From the NCBI GenBank assembly GCA_038886995.1, contig JAWALG010000009.1, positions 1 through 33,901 on the forward strand: a DNA stretch of 33,901 nt, given 5' to 3'. This stretch comes from Candidatus Iainarchaeum sp. GTDB lineage: Archaea > Iainarchaeota > Iainarchaeia > Iainarchaeales > DTGL01. Below are positions 6,978-16,490 of this stretch, piece by piece (position 1 is the first letter of the stretch; each line of letters opens with the position of its first letter). Under the pieces are notes generated by a model that made no database searches, had not been told where the DNA came from, and worked only from the letters and a program-made list of their open reading frames with translations. Both the position numbers and the translations under genes were made by a program.

Positions 6978-8699
6978 ATGCGGCTCAGGAAAACGCTATT
7001 GTGCTTGCTTTTGCTAAGCATATTGTTTCAGTGTTATGCTGCAATTGACTCAGACAATGATCTCGTGCCTGATACACAAGAGCTTCTAGATAAGACAGAC
7101 CCAAAGAATCCTGCTGACAACGCTTTGGCACTTAAGATAAGAGGCGAAATTGCAGTAGGCAAAACCGTTTTCATATCTGTTGAGCATCCTGAGCTTGGCA
7201 AGATGCCAGGCATTGAATTTTCAATAAAGTCAAAATCGAAGACAACAAACATTATTAGCACGGATTCGGGCGAAGCTGAATATAAGATTGAAGAGGCGGG
7301 CGTACATTATATAAATGCAAAGAAAGGAAACTTTTACCTAACGCAGCAGATGATTCCTGCATGCGGCTATGAGCAAAAAGAGCAAGGCATTGTGCCTTTT
7401 GCTGTTTTGCTAACAGTAAACTTCACAAACCTTGCGGTTGCCTTAATATACTTCATATTACTTATGACACTGCTTAAGGCATATTTTACAAGCTCAGAAG
7501 ACATAGCAGCCCTCATTGCTGGTTTTGGTGCTTTTGGGGTATTTTATGCTAATTATTCTCTACTAATGCCAATTATTGCGTCACAGCGCATGATTGTGCA
7601 GGTTTATCTCCTTGTTGAGTTCTTAGTTGGTCTCTTTTCAATAAATATTACAAAGACAAACGCTTCAAAGAAGATCGCTGAAAAGGAATCCATTGCGCCA
7701 GAGAAAAAGTCCCTTTCTTTCAGTGGCTTTTTCGCTAGCATTTTTGCCAGAAAGCAAACTCCTGAAACAAGGAGGGTTTCTGAATTAAAGAAAGACATTG
7801 CAAGAACAAAGGCAAGGCTTGGCAATGCAATACTTGAGGCCAAAGCTGCAGAAAGCAAAGAGCTTGTTCAGGAAAAAATGGAGGCCATTACCGAGCACAT
7901 TGAAAACCTACAAAAAGGCCTCCAAGAAGCAAAGCTGATGAAAGCCGAAACTGAAAGAAAAGAGTCAAAAACTATTGAGGATTTACGTGCTGAAAAAGAG
8001 CTTGAGCTGATGATTGAAGACATAAGCAAGGTGCTTGCTTCTGAGCTGCACATAAGTGATCTACCTGAAAAGATAGAACCAGTAGAAGAGAAAAAAAGCT
8101 TTTTCAGTTTCCTGAAGAGAAAAGGCAAGGAGGAAACAAAAGCGATTGAAAAAGCAAATGTTTGCATTTCATTGTCTGACGCTTATGGCCAAGCATTAAA
8201 TGCATCTAATGCATCATTCTTTGTTGGCGCCAAAGAAATTAAGCCAGTTAAGGTTCTCGCTGAAAAGGCCTATTTCTATTTCACAGCAACTGTGGTTGAG
8301 CTATATGTGCGCTACCTTGGCTATGTTGATGCATATAAGATGGTTGAAACTAGTGACTCCTTAGAGGAAATTGAGATAAAGATGAAGCACTCTTTGCTTC
8401 TGACAATAACTGATGCTTCTGGCAAAGAGCTCAGGGATGCGTTTATAACGATAACAGATGATTCTGGCAAAAAGATAGAAGACATACAAAAAAACAGCAT
8501 ATGGAAAACGCCTTTCCCTACAAACGCTTCTGATGGCATTGCAGCAATTGCTTTGAATCCCGCGAACATCAAGAGTGGAATGCTAAAAATAAATGTAGTT
8601 AGGGCTGGCTTTAAAAATGCTGAAGTACTTATGCCTTCATCAAAGATTTCAACTGAAGAGCAAACAGCCAAAGTGATAATGCTCGAGAAAGCAAAATAG
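6978..8699 (+). CDS. Hypothetical multi-pass membrane protein with a signal peptide, a TSP3-like Ca-binding motif, a coiled coil and C-terminal beta domains
   Basis: Signal peptide, DSDNDLVPDTQELLDKTDPKNPAD motif, three central TM segments, Glu/Lys coiled coil. Confidence 0.75.
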   Translation: MRLRKTLLCLLLLSILFQCYAAIDSDNDLVPDTQELLDKTDPKNPADNALALKIRGEIAVGKTVFISVEHPELGKMPGIEFSIKSKSKTTNIISTDSGEAEYKIEEAGVHYINAKKGNFYLTQQMIPACGYEQKEQGIVPFAVLLTVNFTNLAVALIYFILLMTLLKAYFTSSEDIAALIAGFGAFGVFYANYSLLMPIIASQRMIVQVYLLVEFLVGLFSINITKTNASKKIAEKESIAPEKKSLSFSGFFASIFARKQTPETRRVSELKKDIARTKARLGNAILEAKAAESKELVQEKMEAITEHIENLQKGLQEAKLMKAETERKESKTIEDLRAEKELELMIEDISKVLASELHISDLPEKIEPVEEKKSFFSFLKRKGKEETKAIEKANVCISLSDAYGQALNASNASFFVGAKEIKPVKVLAEKAYFYFTATVVELYVRYLGYVDAYKMVETSDSLEEIEIKMKHSLLLTITDASGKELRDAFITITDDSGKKIEDIQKNSIWKTPFPTNASDGIAAIALNPANIKSGMLKINVVRAGFKNAEVLMPSSKISTEEQTAKVIMLEKAK

Positions 8700-8701
8700 G
8701 C

Positions 8702-10285
8702 CTATTTAATGTTGTTATAGTATAGGAAGTAATACCTGCTTTTGTTTGAACTTGTGTTGCCTTTGACTACAAACCAAATTGTGGAAAGCTTTGTTTCTGT
8801 CGCATAGTTAATATCCCAATCTGTGCCCTTTACAAGAAGGTCAACTGGAGCACCTGAACCTAAGCTTGCCACCTCAAGAAGTGCTAAGCTGTCAAGGTTA
8901 AGGTCGCAGTTTTCACATCCAACGGAAAGAAACTCTGCTTCAAAGTTTATGTCTAGGGAAACGTTAGTGTCTTGTCTTGGTGCCTTGCCGGCTTTAAATT
9001 CCAAAGGCAATCGGTAGCTAACATTTGCTGAAAGCCATTCCTTTTCTTCCATGTTCTTTATTGAGAACTGCAGTGCATTTGGGTTAAAGACAAAGGCCTG
9101 GCTTGCTGATCCGAAGTAAGCTGTTAAATTCGTGCTTTCTGCATCACCAGCAACAATGGAAAGTTGGCACTCTGGCGCGGTGTAGCTTAAGCTTGCATAT
9201 GTTGGTGGATCTTTTCTATATGGCAAGAAATCAAAGTAAAGGTAGTAAAGCTTTGTTGAGTTTGCTGGTACTTTGCCTGGCATTTGCCACTTAACAGTCG
9301 CTATCTTTGTTGTCTGAGAATAGGATACATAAAAAGGAACTGGATCTATTTCACTAGTGTCAAGGTCATAATCAACTGGGCTAAAATTTTCATATTCTAT
9401 TACTCTAAAGCTATCAGTATCAATTTCAGCAGAGATATTAAGCTTTTGCATTATTTCGTTGAAGTCAAAGGTTTTTTGTATAATTTCGTTTGTGCGCTCA
9501 CACTCCAAAGTATTCACGGTAATGGGTATGCGGTAATGCCACCAGTAGTCATCATCTTCGTTATAGTCCCACCAATCTGCTGAGCTTAGCACGCCTATTG
9601 AATCACCAACTCGCCAGTTTGTTGCTGAACTTTGTATGTTAAGTTGTATATCAGTGGGCACATCAACCCAAAACTCATTTGTGTACGGAAAGAAAATGAA
9701 GCTGAAGTTCCTGTCTGGGTCGCCAATTATCACCAGGCGATCAGAATTTTTTAGCAAAGACATGTTCATGTCAGGATACCTGATAATTAGGTTTGGAGCA
9801 TTTGAGTCCAAATAGTGAATACTTGCAAAAGTACTTGACACATTAATGTCGAAATGGGGGTTTGATACGTTGATGGTGCCTGATGGTAATGCATCAACTG
9901 CAAGGTTTGTGTTTTCTTCGTATCTTGGCTCGATTAGGCCTTGTGGCAAAACATATACGCTATGAAGTTCCCCGGGGGGAATAACAACAAATAATCTGCT
10001 AAGGTATTGGTCAAAAGGCCTACTAACAAGATAGTTGTAATCAGTGTTAACATCAAGCAGCACAGGAAATCGCCTATTGCAGTCATACAGCTCTGCGTTG
10101 CAGTCGGACTTTAGCAGTATTGCTTTTGTCTCTATGTTTTTTGCTATGTTTTGCATAATGTTTTGAATCTCTGTTTCAGTTATAGTGGGTTCGTTTATAG
10201 ACATAAGCCAAGGCATCGCAAAGAACAAGCCAACGATTAAAAAAACAAATATCACTGAGCTTATTATCCAGTCAGTTGATTCCAT
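8702..10285 (-). CDS. Membrane-anchored surface protein with two DUF2341-like repeats
   Basis: N-terminal TM helix. Repeats WHYRIPITV...DTDSFRVIE...W..PG...ANS...YYLYF and SYRLPLEF...NLDSLALLE...W...G..SSN...YYFLYY. The family call is from recollection of the W.YR.PI motif. Confidence 0.65.
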   Translation of the reverse strand: MESTDWIISSVIFVFLIVGLFFAMPWLMSINEPTITETEIQNIMQNIAKNIETKAILLKSDCNAELYDCNRRFPVLLDVNTDYNYLVSRPFDQYLSRLFVVIPPGELHSVYVLPQGLIEPRYEENTNLAVDALPSGTINVSNPHFDINVSSTFASIHYLDSNAPNLIIRYPDMNMSLLKNSDRLVIIGDPDRNFSFIFFPYTNEFWVDVPTDIQLNIQSSATNWRVGDSIGVLSSADWWDYNEDDDYWWHYRIPITVNTLECERTNEIIQKTFDFNEIMQKLNISAEIDTDSFRVIEYENFSPVDYDLDTSEIDPVPFYVSYSQTTKIATVKWQMPGKVPANSTKLYYLYFDFLPYRKDPPTYASLSYTAPECQLSIVAGDAESTNLTAYFGSASQAFVFNPNALQFSIKNMEEKEWLSANVSYRLPLEFKAGKAPRQDTNVSLDINFEAEFLSVGCENCDLNLDSLALLEVASLGSGAPVDLLVKGTDWDINYATETKLSTIWFVVKGNTSSNKSRYYFLYYNNIK

Positions 10286-10344
10286 TAAGGCACCTGTGTA
10301 AATAAGTAGTGCTTGTACTTAAAAAATCTTTTCTTAGGGGGCAC

Positions 10345-10944
10345 TTAAAGTATCTTCTGTCCCCAAATCTCTTGGAACAAACATGCGGCTGCAAACGCAG
10401 AATTGTCGCAAACAAGGTCTATGACAGTCCTAACTTTATCAGCATACCTGTAATCAGAATCAGACACAAAGTCAAGCGGCAAATCAATGCTGTACAAGCA
10501 AAGGTCTGTTTTATTTCCAGGCATTGCTGTAAGCTTTTCAATAAGGTTGGTGTCCTTTTCGGTTAAGTATGCGCATATTCTCTTTGTCCTGACATTTGCA
10601 CAATAGTAACTTAAAGCAGTATCTAAGCAGAAAATGCTATTCTGCTTTAGCATATCCATTACTGATTTTGGCTCGATTGAAAGTTTAAACCTTGCAATAA
10701 GAGAGTTGTCCATGGTTCTGTAAGCTGCGATTTCGCTTATGATTGCAAGTGCATCCCTTATGAAGTAGCTGTTTTTTCCCTTTTCAATGCTGCCTTTCTG
10801 CTGGAAGTATTTTACAATCTTATTGACCTGTCCGAGGGAAACCTTAAGGTTTTGGCTTAAGGCAAGCTGTGTAAACTCCTTGCTTTCAAGCATTGCACTT
10901 ACTATGCTAAAGCTTACCGGCTTGCTAAAATCAAGCGTTGACAT
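10345..10944 (-). CDS. Winged-HTH DNA-binding protein, possibly AbiEi-like
   Basis: FTQLALSQNLKVSLGQVNKIVKYFQQKGSI wHTH pattern; C-terminal ADKVRTVIDL. Confidence 0.65.
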   Translation of the reverse strand: MSTLDFSKPVSFSIVSAMLESKEFTQLALSQNLKVSLGQVNKIVKYFQQKGSIEKGKNSYFIRDALAIISEIAAYRTMDNSLIARFKLSIEPKSVMDMLKQNSIFCLDTALSYYCANVRTKRICAYLTEKDTNLIEKLTAMPGNKTDLCLYSIDLPLDFVSDSDYRYADKVRTVIDLVCDNSAFAAACLFQEIWGQKIL

Positions 10945-11023
10945 ACTTGGATTTTAGCGGAAAAAATATTTAAAATGATGCAATAAATAGTTTTTTGCTA
11001 AAGCGGGCATTTGGGGATAAAAG

Positions 11024-12205
11024 ATGGATTTGAGATTAAAATTTGGAAAAAAGGCACTTTTATTTCTATTTTTTGTCTTTTTTGCAGCATCTTTCTTGCT
11101 CTTTTTTAGGGCTAACTTTTTGGGGATGTTACTGGGAAAGGAAAATGAAGTGTCGAAGCCCGCAGATGTTCATACAACACCAACAGCCGAGGCCTCTGTT
11201 AAAGAAAAAAAAGGCCAAATTGAGCTTATTGAAATAACATTGCATGATTGTAATGGCTGCCTTAATTTTGATTACTTGAAGGCACAGCTCAAGGATATGA
11301 ACATAATTGTTGATGAGAAAACAATTTATTATCCAAGTGAAGATGCACAAAAAATAATTGAACAATATTCAGTAAAGACGCTTCCAACAATTATAGTGAA
11401 GGGTGACTTTAAGGACATAGAGGTTTTTAGAAATTGGTCCTCTTTTGGAAGAATTTTAAGTGATACCCTTGTTTTTGACAACAATATTCCTGTTTACTAT
11501 GATTTAACTGCAGGTCGCTTTGTTGGTGCAGTAAAGATAATTGAGCTTATAGATGGCTCGTGCCAAGAATGTGTTGAGCCAATCACATTTCTTTCAGCGC
11601 TGACTGCTAGTGCTGGCATAAATGTTGTTGATTTTAAGCGCGTAGATGTAAACAGTGATGAAGGCAAAGAATTAGCAAAAAGGCATTACATTGAGTTTGT
11701 TCCTGCATTGATATTTTCAAAGGAAATAAGCGACTATAACATTGGTGATTTCAGTGCGTATGGCACTTTTGGCCCTGATGGTTCTTTTGTTGTTAGGGAA
11801 AAATTCCCGCCATATAAAGACCTGAAAAGTGGTGAGGTAAAAGGGGTCTTACATGTTACCATGGTAGAGCACAGCAGCTGCTGGGCTTGCCAAGGAGCAA
11901 AGGAAATGCTTGCCTTTCTTAGAGGAAACCTTGGGCTAAGCTTCAAGAACGTACTTGTGTATGATATTAATTCAAATGAAGCAAGAGCACTTATGAAAAA
12001 CTACAGCATTGGATATCTTCCTGCAGCTCTTGTCTTTGGGGATACAGCAGAGTATAAGCTTTTCTCTGAGCATTGGCCTAAGCTGGGGGTTGTTTTTAAA
12101 GATGGAATTTATATGTTTGACAACTATAAGCTCCTTGGACCTGGCTACTACTTTGATGTAAACAATGAGCAAATCTTCTATTATGGTGCTGAAAGTAGCG
12201 GTTAG
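11024..12205 (+). CDS. Membrane-anchored protein with three tandem thioredoxin-like CxxC domains
   Basis: CNGC, CQEC and CWAC, each followed by S.(D/E)(A/G)......Y.(V/I)..(L/V)P(T/A) cis-Pro-like motifs; N-terminal TM anchor. Confidence 0.8.
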   Translation: MDLRLKFGKKALLFLFFVFFAASFLLFFRANFLGMLLGKENEVSKPADVHTTPTAEASVKEKKGQIELIEITLHDCNGCLNFDYLKAQLKDMNIIVDEKTIYYPSEDAQKIIEQYSVKTLPTIIVKGDFKDIEVFRNWSSFGRILSDTLVFDNNIPVYYDLTAGRFVGAVKIIELIDGSCQECVEPITFLSALTASAGINVVDFKRVDVNSDEGKELAKRHYIEFVPALIFSKEISDYNIGDFSAYGTFGPDGSFVVREKFPPYKDLKSGEVKGVLHVTMVEHSSCWACQGAKEMLAFLRGNLGLSFKNVLVYDINSNEARALMKNYSIGYLPAALVFGDTAEYKLFSEHWPKLGVVFKDGIYMFDNYKLLGPGYYFDVNNEQIFYYGAESSG

Positions 12206-12265
12206 CGAAAAAAATATTAATATAGAAGTATATTATAGAAATAAACCGTAGTTGAGAGTGTATGT

Positions 12266-13933
12266 ATGGTAAAAAAGTCCAATTCATTTGGTAAAGCAGG
12301 GTTTCTGCTTGTGCTTACCCTTTTGTGTACTACTGCTTTTGCGACAGTACCAAGATTGCTTACAGTGCAAGGGCGACTTAAAGATGGCACTGTGCTCGCG
12401 CATGGCGACTATAATATGACCTTTTACATCTACGATGTTGACTCTAGCGGAACTCCGCTTTGGAGCGAACAGCACTACAATGTACCTGTTGATAGGGGCT
12501 ATTTTAGCGTGATCCTTGGTGAAAGCAACCCAATAACATTGCCTTTCAATACACAATATTGGCTTGCAATAAGAGTCAACAATGAAGCAGAAATGACGCC
12601 ACGCTTGAAGCTAACAAACTCAAGCTATGCTTTTTATGCAATAGATGCAAATGTAAGCCCTTCACAGTGGATAACATCAGGCAACAACATTTATTACAAC
12701 CAAGGTAATGTTGGCATTGGAACATCAACACCCGGGACAAAATTGCATATTCAGGCAGATGGAATTTGGCAGGATAGCAGTTCTGGGGTGTTTCGCATTA
12801 GTGGCAGCACAAATCCAAACTATAGGCTACACATGGGTTATGATACAACCAATAATTTTGGTTGGATTAATGCAGTCGAAGCAGGGGTAGCCGGCAGAAA
12901 TCTTATCTTAAATCCGAGTGGTGGAAATGTTGGCATAGGATTGATAACACCATCACAAAAACTAACAGTTGCGGGAAGTATTGGCATTCTGGCTGGTGCT
13001 AATTCGTTTATTGGAACCTTGGATAATTATGACTTAATTTTGAGAACTAACAATACAAACAGACTTTACATCACAAATACAGGCAACATCGGCATTGGAA
13101 CATCAACACCTTCTTATAAACTAGATGTAAATGGCCCCATGCGCCTCATGCCAAGCACTGAACCAACAGGTGCTAATGGAGTCATTTACTATGACTCAAG
13201 CACAAATAAATTCAGATGTTACGAAAATGGTGCATGGGCTAATTGTATTAGTGCAGGCGGCGGCTCAGTAATATCAGCAGGCGACTCTAAAGTTGAAGTT
13301 GTTGATACTGGCAATGGCTATATCAGTTTCCAAGATGATGGTGTTGAAAGAATGAGGTTAGATGGTAATCTTAATATGCTAAATAATTCTATCATGAACG
13401 CCAACTTAAGAGATATAAATGTCTTGTCTTGGTATTACACAGCAAGCACCAGCCCACAGTTGGCTGCAAATGATTCATTGCAGTCAACTAACAATACATC
13501 ATTTACATTAATTAAAACCATAAGAGTTCCGTATCAGTATGTATGGACAACAAGGAGTTCCTTTAATGTTTACTTTGAATATAAGGCTTCGTCTTCCACA
13601 CATTCAAGTTGTAGAACTCAATTTCAAATAAGGCGTAATGGAACAACAGCATTAGCTAGTTACAGCTCTGCCAGCAACACTTGGTCTTCGGCAAATGTAA
13701 ACGTTAGTGACTTTGCTCCCGGGGACACAATAGAAATTTGGGGTTCTGCTGGGTACAGCAATTATGAGTGCTCATCTTGGTGCTATGACTGGGATTTAGG
13801 TTCTTGGTATTGTTGTGGAGGTTATGGTTGTACAGGTTCTATAATCTCTGCAAGTGTGCAAAACTTTAGGGTCAGAGGAACTATAAATTACCAGTCTTTA
13901 CCACTAACAGTATCCACGCAAGTTTGGTCATAA
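12266..13933 (+). CDS. Secreted tail-fibre/adhesin-like protein with GN(V/I)GIG repeats
   Basis: Signal peptide; N-terminal QGRL.....G.Y.MTF.IYD....G..LW.E.H..V.V..GYFSV.LG...WL.I.VN..EM.PR module; three GN(V/I)GIG repeats; 20-bp exact DNA repeat GGCATTGGAACATCAACACC at 12713 and 13091. Confidence 0.8.
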   Translation: MVKKSNSFGKAGFLLVLTLLCTTAFATVPRLLTVQGRLKDGTVLAHGDYNMTFYIYDVDSSGTPLWSEQHYNVPVDRGYFSVILGESNPITLPFNTQYWLAIRVNNEAEMTPRLKLTNSSYAFYAIDANVSPSQWITSGNNIYYNQGNVGIGTSTPGTKLHIQADGIWQDSSSGVFRISGSTNPNYRLHMGYDTTNNFGWINAVEAGVAGRNLILNPSGGNVGIGLITPSQKLTVAGSIGILAGANSFIGTLDNYDLILRTNNTNRLYITNTGNIGIGTSTPSYKLDVNGPMRLMPSTEPTGANGVIYYDSSTNKFRCYENGAWANCISAGGGSVISAGDSKVEVVDTGNGYISFQDDGVERMRLDGNLNMLNNSIMNANLRDINVLSWYYTASTSPQLAANDSLQSTNNTSFTLIKTIRVPYQYVWTTRSSFNVYFEYKASSSTHSSCRTQFQIRRNGTTALASYSSASNTWSSANVNVSDFAPGDTIEIWGSAGYSNYECSSWCYDWDLGSWYCCGGYGCTGSIISASVQNFRVRGTINYQSLPLTVSTQVWS

Positions 13934-14040
13934 TTTAAGTGAATCAGTATAAGTTGCAATTTTTAGACGTAAATTTTGGCATAGCTTTTCGTATTTGGTA
14001 AATTAATACAATTATAAACTCTTATTTATTTAATATTTAA

Positions 14041-14997
14041 ATGCCCATAAAGCGTCTTGACCTGAAGCTTGGCTTTAGATGCAACAACAATTGCCTAAGC
14101 TGTCCACAGGCCCATAGAAAACATCTTGGTGATTTAAGCACAGCTGAGGTAAAAAAACTTCTTGAGAAAGGCCGTGATCACGGCGCTAATGAAGTTGTGC
14201 TCACAGGCGGAGAGCCAACTGTAAGGCCCGACATCCTTGAAATAATCTCTTATGCAAAAAAACTTGGCTACGAGTTTATACAATTGCAGACAAATGCAAG
14301 GATGCTTTACTACAAAGAATTTTGCAAGAAGCTTATAAAAGCAGGAATAACTGAATTTGGGCCAGCGATCCATGGACCTAACGCAGAGGTTCATGATTAT
14401 TTGGTGCAGTCACCTGGCGCTTTTGGCCAAGCAATTAAAGGCATAAGAAACCTAAAAGAACTTGGCCAATATGTTATAATGAACTCAGTAATAAACAAAA
14501 TAAACTATAAACTTCTCCCTGAAACAGCAAAGCTTTTTGTTGACCTAAGCGTAGATCAATACCAATTTGCTTTTATACATTGTGTCGGGAATGCAAAAAA
14601 GAATATAGATCTATTATTACCAAAAAAAAGCGAGGTTATGCCCTACTTGCATAAAGCTTTGGACATCGGCATAAATGCAGGCATAAAAGTTATGGTTGAA
14701 GCATACCCATACTGTTTCATGCGTGGCTATGAAAAGTACTGCTCTGAGCTCTATATGCCACCAGCAGAGATAATGGATGCTGAAGGCATAGTAGAGGACT
14801 TTGACAAGCTTAGGAAAGAAACTGGCAAACTTAAAGGCCCTAAATGCAAAGGATGCCGCTATGACCTTATCTGTGAAGGGCCTTGGAAAGAATATCCTGA
14901 AAAGTTTGGCTGGGCCGAGTTTGTACCTATTGCTGGAAGAAAAGTTAAAAGCCCTGAAGAAATACTGGGGCAAGAATTGGCAAAAGAACTGAGTTAA
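14041..14997 (+). CDS. Radical SAM protein, HxsC-like paralogue 1
   Basis: CNNNCLSC, LTGGEPT, TNARML and HD motifs, plus a C-terminal CKGC.....CEG....Y...FG..EF.P cluster; adjacent to hxsB. Confidence 0.88.
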   Translation: MPIKRLDLKLGFRCNNNCLSCPQAHRKHLGDLSTAEVKKLLEKGRDHGANEVVLTGGEPTVRPDILEIISYAKKLGYEFIQLQTNARMLYYKEFCKKLIKAGITEFGPAIHGPNAEVHDYLVQSPGAFGQAIKGIRNLKELGQYVIMNSVINKINYKLLPETAKLFVDLSVDQYQFAFIHCVGNAKKNIDLLLPKKSEVMPYLHKALDIGINAGIKVMVEAYPYCFMRGYEKYCSELYMPPAEIMDAEGIVEDFDKLRKETGKLKGPKCKGCRYDLICEGPWKEYPEKFGWAEFVPIAGRKVKSPEEILGQELAKELS

Positions 14998-15030
14998 TTG
15001 TTTTAAAAAGATTGTCTACAATTCCCTAAT

Positions 15031-16482
15031 ATGGCTAAGATTATGATGGAAAATATGTTAGATTTTGACTCCGGTTATGTTCTTAATTTTTATAATGTTA
15101 AAAAGCTGAGGGAAAACGCATATTTGGTAACTACAGAGCACGGCGCATGGGCCTTGCTGAATAAAAAGCAATACTACCTGCTAAGGTTGCAGCAATTAAG
15201 CAAAGACAAAAAGCTCTTCAATGAGCTTGAAAAAAAAGGCATAATTTTAACTGAAAAAAATGTCCAAAATGCAGTAAAGGCCTATGCTGTAAGAAACTCT
15301 TTCCTGTTTCAAGGACCTTCGCTTCACATAATTGTGCCTACTCTGCGATGCAATCAACGTTGCATATACTGCCATTCGCGAGCAGAGCCCGAAAGTGGCA
15401 AAGGCTTTGACATGGACAGAGACACAGCAAAAGCAGTAGTGGACTTCATATTTAAGAGCCCTTCAAAAATACTGATCATAGAATTTCAAGGTGGCGATTG
15501 CCTTCTAAACTTTGAAATAACTGAGTTTATAATAGATTATGCGAAAGATCTTGCAAAGAAAAAGAAAAAGAGTGTTGGCTTTTCAATTGTAACAAATCTT
15601 ACCAAAATGGATGAGGACATTATAAGAAGTTTAAAGGAAAGGCACATAATGGGTTTGGCAACATCTCTTGACGGACCTAAGCACGTGCATAACAAAAACA
15701 GGCGTTACCTTGGTGGAAAAGGCACTTATGAAGATGTTGTATACTGGATAAAAAGGATTAAAGAGGAATGGAAATACGACTTCAACCTAAATGCGCTTTG
15801 CACAATAACAAGACATTCTTTGCCTTATGGCAAAGAAATTGTTGATGAATATATGTGTTTTGGTTTCAATGGTGTCTGGCTTAGGTTTATGAACAACATA
15901 GGTTTTGCTGCTGATTCTTGGACAAAGATAGGTTACACACCAGAAGAATACCTGATGTTTTATGAAAAGACCCTTGACTACATAGTCAGCAAAAACACAA
16001 GAGAGCAGCATTTCACAGAGTTGATGGCCTTGATATTCCTCAAGAAAATACTTACAGAAAGGGATCCTTACTTTACTGACATTCAGAGCCCTTGTGGTGC
16101 TGGAATAGGACAATTGCTTTACAAATACAATGGCGACATACATACCTGCGATGAAGGAAAGCTTTTTGAGGAGTTTAAGCTTGGCAATGTTTTCACTTCA
16201 AAGTATGAAGATATATTCAACAATGATACACTAACAACAATGATTGATATTTCCTCAAAAAAGAATTACCTTTGCGATGCTTGCGTTTGGAGCCCATATT
16301 GCGGCATATGCCCCTTGCATACTTATGCAACACAAGGCACGATTGTTTCAAAGCTTGCTCTTGATGAAAGATGCAAAATAATGCAAGGTCTTATAAGCAG
16401 AATTTTTGAAAGGCATTTATTCTCAAGGAAACACAGCGTTGTTTTCAAAAATTGGGTTGAAAAAGATGTTGTGTTTAAGTAG
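15031..16482 (+). CDS. hxsB: His-Xaa-Ser system radical SAM/SPASM maturase HxsB
   Basis: N-terminal RRE-like YLVTTEHG...ELEKKG, GPSLHIIVPTLRCNQRCIYCH, IEFQGG, TSLDGP..HNKNR, D..SPCGAGIGQL.Y.YNGD..TCDEG and C..C...PYCG.CP SPASM motifs; HxS precursor nearby. Confidence 0.93.
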   Translation: MAKIMMENMLDFDSGYVLNFYNVKKLRENAYLVTTEHGAWALLNKKQYYLLRLQQLSKDKKLFNELEKKGIILTEKNVQNAVKAYAVRNSFLFQGPSLHIIVPTLRCNQRCIYCHSRAEPESGKGFDMDRDTAKAVVDFIFKSPSKILIIEFQGGDCLLNFEITEFIIDYAKDLAKKKKKSVGFSIVTNLTKMDEDIIRSLKERHIMGLATSLDGPKHVHNKNRRYLGGKGTYEDVVYWIKRIKEEWKYDFNLNALCTITRHSLPYGKEIVDEYMCFGFNGVWLRFMNNIGFAADSWTKIGYTPEEYLMFYEKTLDYIVSKNTREQHFTELMALIFLKKILTERDPYFTDIQSPCGAGIGQLLYKYNGDIHTCDEGKLFEEFKLGNVFTSKYEDIFNNDTLTTMIDISSKKNYLCDACVWSPYCGICPLHTYATQGTIVSKLALDERCKIMQGLISRIFERHLFSRKHSVVFKNWVEKDVVFK

Positions 16483-16490
16483 GGGTTTGC

